Source: Flavobacteriaceae bacterium (GTDB lineage Bacteria > Bacteroidota > Bacteroidia > Flavobacteriales > Flavobacteriaceae). Taken from it: 64,000 nt of DNA. The translations under genes were made by a program, and so were the position numbers. The stretch spans positions 1,063 through 65,062 of the forward strand of contig JAMJVX010000001.1 of NCBI GenBank assembly GCA_023558315.1, read 5' to 3'. This document shows, one piece after another, positions 32,174-40,380 of the stretch (its first letter is position 1; every line of letters starts with the position of its first letter). The notes beneath the pieces were generated by a model. That model did not search any database. It had not been told where the DNA came from and saw only the letters and a list, made by a program, of their open reading frames with translations.

Positions 32174-32462
32174 ATTTTAAAAATGCAAATATATTATAAT
32201 TGTTATTATAAACTTTTAACTTATTAATATAATTCCTTAACTAAAATGGATAGTTTTACTATTATTTCAACTAATAAAATTTTAGAGCAAAACAACTTGT
32301 AGTATTCAAACTTATATAGGACAAATATTTACAATTTTAAAAAAAGATTTTAGTCATATAAGTTCTAATAGAATTTTATTTACAATTAATATGTTTTATC
32401 TCCAATTGATAATGGATAAGATTATATATGGTTATAGAAATAATTTAGTTTTTAAAAACTAC

Positions 32463-32470
32463 TATATTTG
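32463..32470 (+). promoter_or_regulatory. -7 box TATATTTG
   Basis: Exact TAnnTTTG match 15 nt upstream of the ATG at 32486. It overlaps the TTG start used in the ORF track. Confidence 0.4.
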
Positions 32471-32485
32471 CAGTTAGAATTTAAA

Positions 32486-32992
32486 ATGTCTACATTGAAA
32501 AAACATACCATTCTTACAGATACTCAAATAAAACACATCATTCAACGGCTGGCGTATCAAATATATGAAGAACACATAAATGAAAAAGAGATAGTTATAG
32601 TAGGGGTCTTTGAAAAAGGAAGTATTTTATCTAAAAAGATTATTTCTGTTCTTGAAAATATCTCTCCACTTAAAATTACCTATTCCGATATTTATTTAAA
32701 TAAAAAAAATCCTTCAAGTCCTATTAAAACAACAATTCCCTTAGAAAACTGTAAAGAAAAGTCAGTAGTAATAATAGATGACGTTTTAAACTCAGGCAAA
32801 ACCCTAATGTACGCGATTAAATATTTTTTAGAGATTCCTATATCAAAACTTACTACGGCGGTATTAATAAACAGAAATCATAAAAAATTTCCGGTTAAAG
32901 CAAAATTTAAAGGGCTTTCCCTTTCTACTTCTTTAAAGGAACACATCACAGTAAATTTTGAAGGGGATAAAATTGAAGCTTTTTTATCCTAG
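32486..32992 (+). CDS. phosphoribosyltransferase family protein (PyrR-like)
   Basis: PyrR-like N-terminus ILTDTQIKHIIQRLAYQIYE and PRPP loop VVIIDDVLNSGKTL. Confidence 0.6.
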   Translation: MSTLKKHTILTDTQIKHIIQRLAYQIYEEHINEKEIVIVGVFEKGSILSKKIISVLENISPLKITYSDIYLNKKNPSSPIKTTIPLENCKEKSVVIIDDVLNSGKTLMYAIKYFLEIPISKLTTAVLINRNHKKFPVKAKFKGLSLSTSLKEHITVNFEGDKIEAFLS

Positions 32993-34257
32993 ACAAATAA
33001 AGCATTAATGGATTTTTCTAAAATTTTACCAAACTGATAAACTTCTTCAAAAGAATTATAAAGAGAATTAGGAGCAATTCTAATCACATTTGGGGCTCTC
33101 CAATCAACTACTACATTTGCATTTTTTAGGTAATTAAAAACCTCATTTCCTTTCTTATCAAATGATATTGAAAGTTGGGCGCCTCTACTATTTGGTGTAA
33201 TAATTTTGAATTTCCCTTTCTCCTTCAATGGTTGAAGCACATACTCTAAATATGCCGTCAACTTTTTACTTTTTTCAAACATTTTATCTAAAGGGACTTT
33301 ATTGAATATTTCCAATGATGCTTTTAATGGGGCTAAAGAAAAAATACTTGGATTGCTTTGTTGCCATGCATTTGCACCTTTTTCGGGTATGTATAAATCT
33401 AACATTTCAAATCTAGTTCTTGAATCGTTCCCCCACCATCCTTCTAATCTGTTTAATTCTTTATTTTGAAAATGTGTTTCATTGATATAAATAGCCGCTG
33501 TGCTTCCAGGTCCCGCATTTAGGTATTTATACGTACACCACGCCGCAAAATCTACTCCCCATTTATGAAGGTCTAGCTGAACATTCCCTACTGCATGTGC
33601 TAAATCCCAACCACAATAAGCGCCTATTTCATGTGCATATTTCGTAATTTTTTTCATGTTAAATAATTGCCCACTATAATAATTTACACCCCCAAAAAAG
33701 ACTAAGGCAGTCTCAGAAGAATGCTCTTCTAATTTTTCTAAAATATCTTCTTCGTGAATAATTGAGGTATAATTTTTTCTTTTGACTGTAATTAAGGCTT
33801 CATTAGGATCTAACCCATGCCATCTTAAATGACTTTTAAGTGCATATCTATCTGAAGAAAAGGCATTTTCTTCGCAAATTATTTTAAATCTTTTTTTGGT
33901 AGGGCGATAAAAAGTAGCTAATAGTAAATGTATATTGACTGTAAGGGAGTTCATTATACTCACCTCTAAGGGCTTTGCCCCTACTAATTTTGCCATTGGG
34001 GGAATAAGAGTATCTACATAAGTTACCCATGGTGTTGCCCCTTCAAAGTGTCCTTCTCCAGCAAGGTTTTTCCAATCTTTTAATACACTTTGCAATTCCT
34101 TATCTACACTCTTTGGTTGTAATCCTAAGGAATTTCCCAAGAAATATATTTGTTTTTCAACTGAATTTTTAGATTTTGGATTAAAAAACAGAGTTTTATA
34201 ATTTTTTAATTCATCGTTTTTATCTAAAGACTGAGCGTATTTATGTGAGTTTTCCAA
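32989..34257 (-). CDS. kynU: kynureninase
   Basis: YFLGNSLGLQPK, FAAWCTYKYLNAGPG (PLP lysine region), WWGN. TTG start. Confidence 0.85.
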   Translation of the reverse strand: MENSHKYAQSLDKNDELKNYKTLFFNPKSKNSVEKQIYFLGNSLGLQPKSVDKELQSVLKDWKNLAGEGHFEGATPWVTYVDTLIPPMAKLVGAKPLEVSIMNSLTVNIHLLLATFYRPTKKRFKIICEENAFSSDRYALKSHLRWHGLDPNEALITVKRKNYTSIIHEEDILEKLEEHSSETALVFFGGVNYYSGQLFNMKKITKYAHEIGAYCGWDLAHAVGNVQLDLHKWGVDFAAWCTYKYLNAGPGSTAAIYINETHFQNKELNRLEGWWGNDSRTRFEMLDLYIPEKGANAWQQSNPSIFSLAPLKASLEIFNKVPLDKMFEKSKKLTAYLEYVLQPLKEKGKFKIITPNSRGAQLSISFDKKGNEVFNYLKNANVVVDWRAPNVIRIAPNSLYNSFEEVYQFGKILEKSINALFV

Positions 34258-34279
34258 AAAAATTACAATTTTATTATTG

Positions 34280-34287
34280 CAAATGTA
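34280..34287 (-). promoter_or_regulatory. -7 box (TACATTTG on the minus strand) for kynU
   Basis: Exact TAnnTTTG match 23 nt upstream of the TTG start at 34257. Confidence 0.4.
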
Positions 34288-34366
34288 ACTTAAAAAAACA
34301 CTGATAAATAAGATATTTATAAATTACTTTTTTACTTTTACTTACTTAAACTTAAAAATTTAAATT

Positions 34367-34702
34367 ATGAGCAAAAATTATTACGATTCAGATGATTTAA
34401 AAAAATTTGGAAATATAACGGAATGGAGTCCTGAAATTGGAGACAATTTTTTCAAATACTACAATAGTGTTTTTGAAAAAGGAGCCCTTCCTGTAAAAGA
34501 AAAAGCATTAATTGCTTTATCCGTTGCGCATGTGGTTCAATGTCCTTATTGTATAGAGGCTTATACAGAAGAATCTATAAAAAATGGGGCAGAAAAAGAT
34601 GAAATGATGGAAGCTGTGCATGTAGGCGCTGCGATAAAAGCGGGTTCTGCATTAGTCCATGGTGTACAAATGATGAATAAAGGAAATAAAATAATTATGT
34701 AA
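34367..34702 (+). CDS. AhpD/carboxymuconolactone-decarboxylase-like protein (arsenosugar biosynthesis-associated peroxidase-like family)
   Basis: 111 aa with the CxxC motif VVQCPYCIEAY in an AhpD-core-like context. It ends 1 nt before the radical SAM gene. Confidence 0.7.
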   Translation: MSKNYYDSDDLKKFGNITEWSPEIGDNFFKYYNSVFEKGALPVKEKALIALSVAHVVQCPYCIEAYTEESIKNGAEKDEMMEAVHVGAAIKAGSALVHGVQMMNKGNKIIM

Positions 34703-34703
34703 A

Positions 34704-35750
34704 GTGGCTACAAAATCATTAAAAGCAAGGAAAAGTCAATTATCTGATACTCAAAGGCAACTTGTAATACTAAATGAAAAACCTTTTAACGGTACGCTCC
34801 CTACCTTTAAAGCTAAGTTAGATTTGCATAATTTAGACTTAAAGCCTAAAAATTTAGAGATTTTTCAAATAAATTTAGGCTATATGTGTAATCAAGTATG
34901 TGCGCATTGCCACGTAGATGCAGGACCTGATAGAAAGGAAATGATGTCTAAAGAAAACTTAGAAAAATGTTTGGACATAATTAAGAAGCATAAAATTAAA
35001 AGTGTAGACCTAACTGGGGGAGCTCCCGAAATGCATCCCCTATTTAGATGGTTTGTAGAAAAAGCATCAGCGATAGGGATAGAAGATTTTATAGTTAGAT
35101 CTAATTTGACCATTATTGTCGCCAATAAAAAGTATTACGACTTACCTGATTTTTTTGCTAAACACAACTTACATATTATCTCTTCTTTGCCCTTTTATAA
35201 AAAAGAAAAAACAGATAGACAAAGAGGAAAAGGTGTTTTTGACGACTCTATAAAAGCGTTAAAAATGCTTAATAAAGTAGGTTATGGGGGTGCTGGAAAG
35301 TTAAAATTAGATTTAGTATATAATCCTGGAGGTGCATTTTTACCCGCTGATCAGCAAAATTTAGAATTAGATTTCAAAACTTCTTTAAAAGAAGAATACA
35401 ATATTGATTTTAATAATCTTTTTACTATTACAAATCTACCAATCAGTCGCTTTTTAGATTTCCTAATTGCTTCAGAAAATTATGAGGAATATATGCACAC
35501 TTTAGTTAATGCTTTTAATCCAGCAGCTGTTGAAAATGTAATGTGTACAAATACTTTATCTGTACGCTGGGATGGCTATTTGTACGATTGTGACTTTAAT
35601 CAAATGTTAGATATTAAGGTGGATTCTAAATGCAATCACATTGATTTATTTGATTATGATAATATGAAAGATAGAAATATTGTAATTAATCAACATTGCT
35701 ATGGTTGCACTGCTGGCGCAGGAAGTAGTTGCCAAGGCACTATTGCCTAA
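34704..35750 (+). CDS. arsS: radical SAM / Cys-rich domain protein of the ArsS (arsenosugar biosynthesis) type
   Basis: Radical SAM cluster motif CNQVCAHCH, SAM-binding TGGAPE, and a C-terminal Cys-rich tail HCYGCTAGAGSSCQG. GTG start. Confidence 0.7.
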   Translation: MATKSLKARKSQLSDTQRQLVILNEKPFNGTLPTFKAKLDLHNLDLKPKNLEIFQINLGYMCNQVCAHCHVDAGPDRKEMMSKENLEKCLDIIKKHKIKSVDLTGGAPEMHPLFRWFVEKASAIGIEDFIVRSNLTIIVANKKYYDLPDFFAKHNLHIISSLPFYKKEKTDRQRGKGVFDDSIKALKMLNKVGYGGAGKLKLDLVYNPGGAFLPADQQNLELDFKTSLKEEYNIDFNNLFTITNLPISRFLDFLIASENYEEYMHTLVNAFNPAAVENVMCTNTLSVRWDGYLYDCDFNQMLDIKVDSKCNHIDLFDYDNMKDRNIVINQHCYGCTAGAGSSCQGTIA

Positions 35751-36349
35751 TGACATCGCTTTTAATTATTTTTGTTAGAAATCCTATTTTAGGAAAGGTC
35801 AAAACAAGATTGGCTAAAACAGTTGGCGATGACAAAGCAATTGCCGTTTATGAAGCGCTGCTAATTAAAACTAAAAATACTGTATCTCCTTTAAAAGAGG
35901 ACGTTATTGTATACTATGATAGTTTTATTCCTAAAACAGATATTTGGGACGAAGTAGTAATAAATAAAAATATGCAAAAAGGAAAATGTTTGGGAGAAAA
36001 AATGCAAAATGCTTTTGCAGAAAATTTTACTAAAGGATATAAAAAAATATGTATAATTGGGAGTGACTTATGGGACTTAAAACAAGAAGATATTACTCGC
36101 TCCTTTGATATGCTAAACAATAATGAGGTAGTAATTGGTCCCGCTATAGATGGGGGGTATTACCTTTTAGGATTAAATAAAATTATTCCCTCCCTATTTA
36201 AAAATAAAAAATGGGGGTCTAATACAGTACTTAAAGAAACTATGGAAGATTTAAAAAACTACACTATAGAATTATTAGATACTAAAAATGATATTGATAA
36301 TGAGGATGATTTATCGGACATTCCTGAACTTTTAAAAATTATTAAATAA
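35750..36349 (+). CDS. DUF2064 glycosyltransferase-like protein (TIGR04282-type)
   Basis: LLIIFVRNPILGKVKTRLA, IGSDLWDL and IDGGYYLLGL. Its ATG overlaps the arsS stop codon (TAATG). Confidence 0.7.
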   Translation: MTSLLIIFVRNPILGKVKTRLAKTVGDDKAIAVYEALLIKTKNTVSPLKEDVIVYYDSFIPKTDIWDEVVINKNMQKGKCLGEKMQNAFAENFTKGYKKICIIGSDLWDLKQEDITRSFDMLNNNEVVIGPAIDGGYYLLGLNKIIPSLFKNKKWGSNTVLKETMEDLKNYTIELLDTKNDIDNEDDLSDIPELLKIIK

Positions 36350-36355
36350 CGATTT

Positions 36356-37171
36356 ATGGAACAACATATTAAAGAATCCGTTGAATTTATCCATTCACAA
36401 GGGATTTTGTCTGCAGACGCAGGAATTATCCTAGGCTCTGGAATGGGTAAAATCATAGAAAAAATGAACGTTTTAAAAGAAGTAGAGTATAAAGAAATAC
36501 CTCATTTCCCTATTGCTACAGTAGAGTTTCTTCATAAAGGAAAATTAATTTATGGAGAATTAGGCAATAAAAAAATTATTGTACTTCAAGGACGCTTTCA
36601 TCTATACGAAGGGTATAATGCATACGAAGTGAGTTACCCTGTAAGAGTGCTACAAAAATTAAATATTTCTTTTTTAGTTATCAATAATATTTCTGGCGCA
36701 ATTAATCCGCTTTATAAAAAAGGAGAAATTATGTTAATTGAGGACCATATAAATTTACAAGGAAAATCACCTCTTATATCTAAATATAAATCTGATAATC
36801 AAAATATTTTTGTAGATATGGTTTGTCCCTATGATAAAAACCTAAGAAATACTATTTTAAAAATTGCTTCTAAAGAAAATATCAAAATTCATCAAGGAGT
36901 ATATGCAGCCGTATTAGGGCCTCAATTAGAAACCCGAGCTGAGTATAGATATTTAAAAATAATAGGCGCTGATTCTGTAGGGATGTCTACTGTCCCTGAA
37001 GTAATTGTTGCTAATCAACTAAACATTCCTTGCGTTGCGCTTTCAATACTTTCTGATGAATGTGACCCAGACAATCTACAACCAATCAACATTCAAGAAA
37101 TGATGAGCATTGTTAGCAAAACAGAACAACATTTAATTATTTTAATTGAAAATTTAATCCTTAAAATGTAA
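36356..37171 (+). CDS. purine nucleoside phosphorylase (PNP family 1, inosine/guanosine type)
   Basis: ILGSGMG, LQGRFHLYEGY, GADSVGMSTVPEVIVA. Confidence 0.85.
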   Translation: MEQHIKESVEFIHSQGILSADAGIILGSGMGKIIEKMNVLKEVEYKEIPHFPIATVEFLHKGKLIYGELGNKKIIVLQGRFHLYEGYNAYEVSYPVRVLQKLNISFLVINNISGAINPLYKKGEIMLIEDHINLQGKSPLISKYKSDNQNIFVDMVCPYDKNLRNTILKIASKENIKIHQGVYAAVLGPQLETRAEYRYLKIIGADSVGMSTVPEVIVANQLNIPCVALSILSDECDPDNLQPINIQEMMSIVSKTEQHLIILIENLILKM

Positions 37172-37175
37172 AATT

Positions 37176-37898
37176 ATGACTAAAAAATTATACCCACTTT
37201 TATTACTATTATTTATTCTAAATGCAGTTTATTCACAAAATAATGATACGCGAAAAAGTATCCATTATTCCTGGAATTTACTATTAAAAAAATATGTATC
37301 TCCTAATGGAAATGTAAATTACATGGAATGGAAAAAGCAGGGAGAAGAACAATTAGATAATTATTTGTCTTTGTTGCTAAAAAATCCACCACAAGAATTT
37401 TGGACAAAAGGGCAAAAACTAGCCTATTGGATAAATACTTACAATGCATTCACTGTAAAATTAATTTTAGACAATTATCCAGTTAAGAGTATTAGAGATA
37501 TAAAGAATCCTTGGAAAAAAGAAATATATGTTAATGGTGACAAAAAATACTCATTAGAAGACATAGAACACAATATTCTAAGGAAAATGGATGAGCCTAG
37601 AATTCACTTTGCAATTAATTGTGCTTCAAAGTCATGTCCAAAATTAGAAAACAAAGCTTTTACAAGTTATAATATCAATCAAGAGTTAGAAAAAGTAACT
37701 AAAGACTTTTTGAAAGACAGCAGTAAGAACAATATTACAAAGGATGAAATTGCACTTTCTAAAATATTTTTATGGTTTGCTGAAGATTTTGGCGATACTA
37801 ATTCTTTGCTATTATTCATTCAAAAATATACAGATACGCCTATCACAAAGAGTACTAAATTAAGCTATCTTACTTACGATTGGGATTTAAATGAATAA
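37176..37898 (+). CDS. DUF547 domain protein
   Basis: Signal peptide, LAYWINTYNAFTVKLILDNYP and IHFAINCASKSCP. Confidence 0.7.
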   Translation: MTKKLYPLLLLLFILNAVYSQNNDTRKSIHYSWNLLLKKYVSPNGNVNYMEWKKQGEEQLDNYLSLLLKNPPQEFWTKGQKLAYWINTYNAFTVKLILDNYPVKSIRDIKNPWKKEIYVNGDKKYSLEDIEHNILRKMDEPRIHFAINCASKSCPKLENKAFTSYNINQELEKVTKDFLKDSSKNNITKDEIALSKIFLWFAEDFGDTNSLLLFIQKYTDTPITKSTKLSYLTYDWDLNE

Positions 37899-37910
37899 AA
37901 TAGTATTTAC

Positions 37911-38477
37911 CTAATTATAGATATTCATTGTTTTTTCTATGCCTATCATAGTAAAACTTATAATAGTTTTTTTACAATGTTCTATTAATTTTAGTAACTC
38001 TTTTTGCTCATCTTCATCCCATTTTCCAAGGACAAAATCAACTTGATTACTAGTCTTTTTCTCCACACCTATTCCAAAATATAATCTTGGGTATGTTGTG
38101 AGTCCTAAATGTGTTTCAATATCCCTTAAGCCGTTGTGTCCAGCATTACTTCCCTTTGGTTTTAATCGTATTTTTCCGAAAGAAAGATGTAAGTTATCTA
38201 CTAAAATTAAAAGGTTTTGTATTGGTATTTTTTCCTTTTTAACCCAATAGCTAACCGCTTTTCCACTTCTATTGATGAATGTGTTAGGTTTAAATAAAAT
38301 AATTCTAGCCCCTTTATGTTTAAAGTCTGCTTTCTCACCTAAACGAACTGTCTCAAAATTAATATCATGACTTTTTGCAATATCATCTACAATTGAAAAA
38401 CCAATATTGTGGCGAGTGTTTTCGTAAGTCAATCCAATATTGCCTAACCCAACTATAAGGTATTTACCAGTACTCAT
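37911..38477 (-). CDS. pth: peptidyl-tRNA hydrolase
   Basis: YLIVGLGNIGLTYENTRHNIGF and GSNAGHNGLRDI. Confidence 0.9.
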   Translation of the reverse strand: MSTGKYLIVGLGNIGLTYENTRHNIGFSIVDDIAKSHDINFETVRLGEKADFKHKGARIILFKPNTFINRSGKAVSYWVKKEKIPIQNLLILVDNLHLSFGKIRLKPKGSNAGHNGLRDIETHLGLTTYPRLYFGIGVEKKTSNQVDFVLGKWDEDEQKELLKLIEHCKKTIISFTMIGIEKTMNIYN

Positions 38478-38517
38478 TTAGATAAATAATGCTAGGTTAA
38501 CAAAAAGAAAATAAATT

Positions 38518-39153
38518 CTAATTTTCTTCTTTCTTTTCAGCTTCTGTTTCCTCAGTTGCTTCAGTTGCATCCTCAGTAGTGTCTTCTGCCTTCATGGATA
38601 CTCTAGAGGTAGCTACTCTACAAACAACAACGTTATCTGGGTGCTGAAATTCATATTCTTTATTCTCTAAATTAGTAATATATAATTTTTCACCGAGTTC
38701 TAATTTTGATATATCAACATTAATAGTATCTGGCAAACTTTTAGGAATCGCTTTTATTCTTAACTTTCTTTTGCTAACAATAAGAACCCCACCCGAATTT
38801 AAAACGCCAGGAGCTGTCCCCGTTATAGTTACTGGAATATCAATTTCTACAGGCTTATCATCAAATATTTCGATGAAATCAACATGTATAATTTTATCAG
38901 TTAATGGATGAAATTGTACTTCTTGTAATACTGCGTTAATTTTTTCTTTTGAAGAACTTATTTCAATTTCAGATATATAAGCGTTGGGGGTATAAATAAT
39001 TTTATTTAAATTAAGATCCTCTGCATAAAAATGTAGTGGTTCTTTTTTTCCTCTGTATAATACACAAGGTACTTTGTTTTCTTTTCGTAATGATTTTGCA
39101 AAAGACTTTCCTAACTTTTCTCTCTTGCTGGCATTTATAACTATAGATTTCAT
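38518..39153 (-). CDS. rplY: 50S ribosomal protein L25 / general stress protein Ctc form
   Basis: LRKENKVPCVLYRG, VQFHPLTDKIIHVDF and an acidic C-terminal tail. It lies between prs and pth, the usual arrangement. Confidence 0.85.
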   Translation of the reverse strand: MKSIVINASKREKLGKSFAKSLRKENKVPCVLYRGKKEPLHFYAEDLNLNKIIYTPNAYISEIEISSSKEKINAVLQEVQFHPLTDKIIHVDFIEIFDDKPVEIDIPVTITGTAPGVLNSGGVLIVSKRKLRIKAIPKSLPDTINVDISKLELGEKLYITNLENKEYEFQHPDNVVVCRVATSRVSMKAEDTTEDATEATEETEAEKKEEN

Positions 39154-39164
39154 TTTTTTTTTAT

Positions 39165-40100
39165 TTAAACGATAAAATTTGAACTAATTGATTGATTTTG
39201 GTGAACTTTTTTCATAGTACTTGCAAATAATTCTGCACAACTTACTATATCTATTTTTTTACTTTCTTTTTTAGAGGGGATAGAATCAGTAGTAATTAAT
39301 TGTTCTATTTTAGAATTTTCTATTCGCTCATAGGCATCTCCAGACAAAAGAGGATGTGAACAAACTGCTCTAACTGAATTGGCACCTCTTTCCATTACTA
39401 AATCGGCGGCTTTTGTAATTGTCCCAGCCGTATCTATCATATCATCTACAAATACAATGTCTTTTCCTTCCACATTCCCTATCAGCTCCATATGAGAAAT
39501 CACATTTGCTTTCTTTCGTTGCTTATAACAAATCAAAACATCTGATTGCAAGAAATTCGAATATGCATAAGCTCTTTTAGCACCTCCCATATCAGGTGAG
39601 CCAATAGTTAGATTTTTTAAATTCATTTTTTTAATATGAGGCACAAAAATAGAGGATGCAAATAAATGATCTACGGGTTTTTCAAAAAAGCCTTGAATTT
39701 GGTCTGCGTGTAAATCCATTGTAATAATACGAGTTGCACCTGCAGTTTCTAATAATTTTGCAGTTAATTTTGCTCCTATTGGCACACGCGGTTTGTCTTT
39801 TCTATCTTGTCTAGCCCAACCAAAATAAGGAATAACTGCCGTAATATGTCTAGCAGAAGCTCTTTTCGCTGCGTCTATCATCAGCAACATTTCCATTAAA
39901 TTGTCAGAGCTTGGAAACGTAGATCCAATTATGAATATACGCATTCCTCTTATTGATTCTTCAAATGAAGGTTGAAACTCTCCGTCCTTAAATTCAGTAA
40001 AGATTACATTTCCCAAAGAAACGCCATAGGCCACAGCAATTTTTTCTGCTAATGTTTTGCTCTGTCTACACGTGAATATTTTAGCCTCTGAATTGGACAT
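39165..40100 (-). CDS. prs: ribose-phosphate pyrophosphokinase
   Basis: FKDGEFQPSFEESIRG, YFGWARQDRK, and the PRPP loop VFVDDMIDTAGT. Confidence 0.92.
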   Translation of the reverse strand: MSNSEAKIFTCRQSKTLAEKIAVAYGVSLGNVIFTEFKDGEFQPSFEESIRGMRIFIIGSTFPSSDNLMEMLLMIDAAKRASARHITAVIPYFGWARQDRKDKPRVPIGAKLTAKLLETAGATRIITMDLHADQIQGFFEKPVDHLFASSIFVPHIKKMNLKNLTIGSPDMGGAKRAYAYSNFLQSDVLICYKQRKKANVISHMELIGNVEGKDIVFVDDMIDTAGTITKAADLVMERGANSVRAVCSHPLLSGDAYERIENSKIEQLITTDSIPSKKESKKIDIVSCAELFASTMKKVHQNQSISSNFIV

Positions 40101-40132
40101 TTACTACTTTATTTTTTTCTAAAAAAATGGGT

Positions 40133-40140
40133 GCAAATAT
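40133..40140 (-). promoter_or_regulatory. -7 box (TATATTTG on the minus strand) for the prs-rplY-pth operon
   Basis: Exact TAnnTTTG match 33 nt upstream of the ATG at 40100. Confidence 0.4.
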
Positions 40141-40187
40141 ATTGATTTTATAATTAAATTGTAGTGATATTTTAAAAAATATTTTAC

Positions 40188-40195
40188 TATATTTG
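40188..40195 (+). promoter_or_regulatory. -7 box TATATTTG for tRNA-Leu
   Basis: Exact TAnnTTTG match 27 nt upstream of the tRNA 5' end. Confidence 0.4.
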
Positions 40196-40221
40196 CCGAC
40201 TTCAATGCTTTCAAAGCAATT

Positions 40222-40305
40222 GCTTCGGTGGCGGAACTGGTAGACGCGCTGGATTCAAAATCCAGTTCTGGCAACAGAGTGTGGGTTCGATTCCCACCCG
40301 AAGTA
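40222..40305 (+). tRNA. tRNA-Leu (anticodon CAA), class II with long variable arm
   Basis: Hand-folded. Acceptor GCTTCGG/CCGAAGT (G1-U72 wobble), D-arm GCGGAACTGGTAGACGC, anticodon stem CTGGA/TCCAG with loop TTCAAAA, variable arm TCTG-GCAA-CAGA, T-arm GTGGG-TTCGATT-CCCAC, discriminator A, then a T-run. Confidence 0.9.
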
Positions 40306-40380
40306 CTTTTTTTAACCCATTATTCTTAATAATAAAATATAAATTATGAATATTAAAGTAATATTTCAATCTCACAAACT

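Noticed and set aside
32174-32467. 294-nt gap with the 10-mer ATTTACAATT repeated twice about 53 nt apart. I considered an sRNA or a PyrR-binding leader.
   Set aside because: I could find no stable stem-loops, no terminator and no resemblance to the PyrR binding loop. A single 10-mer repeat in nearly pure A/T sequence is within chance expectation.
35698-35750. Possible selenocysteine (in-frame TGA) in the Cys-rich tail of the ArsS-type radical SAM protein, as reported for some family members.
   Set aside because: The tail CYGCTAGAGSSCQG is encoded with ordinary TGC codons and the ORF ends at TAA. No in-frame TGA and no SECIS-like hairpin is needed.
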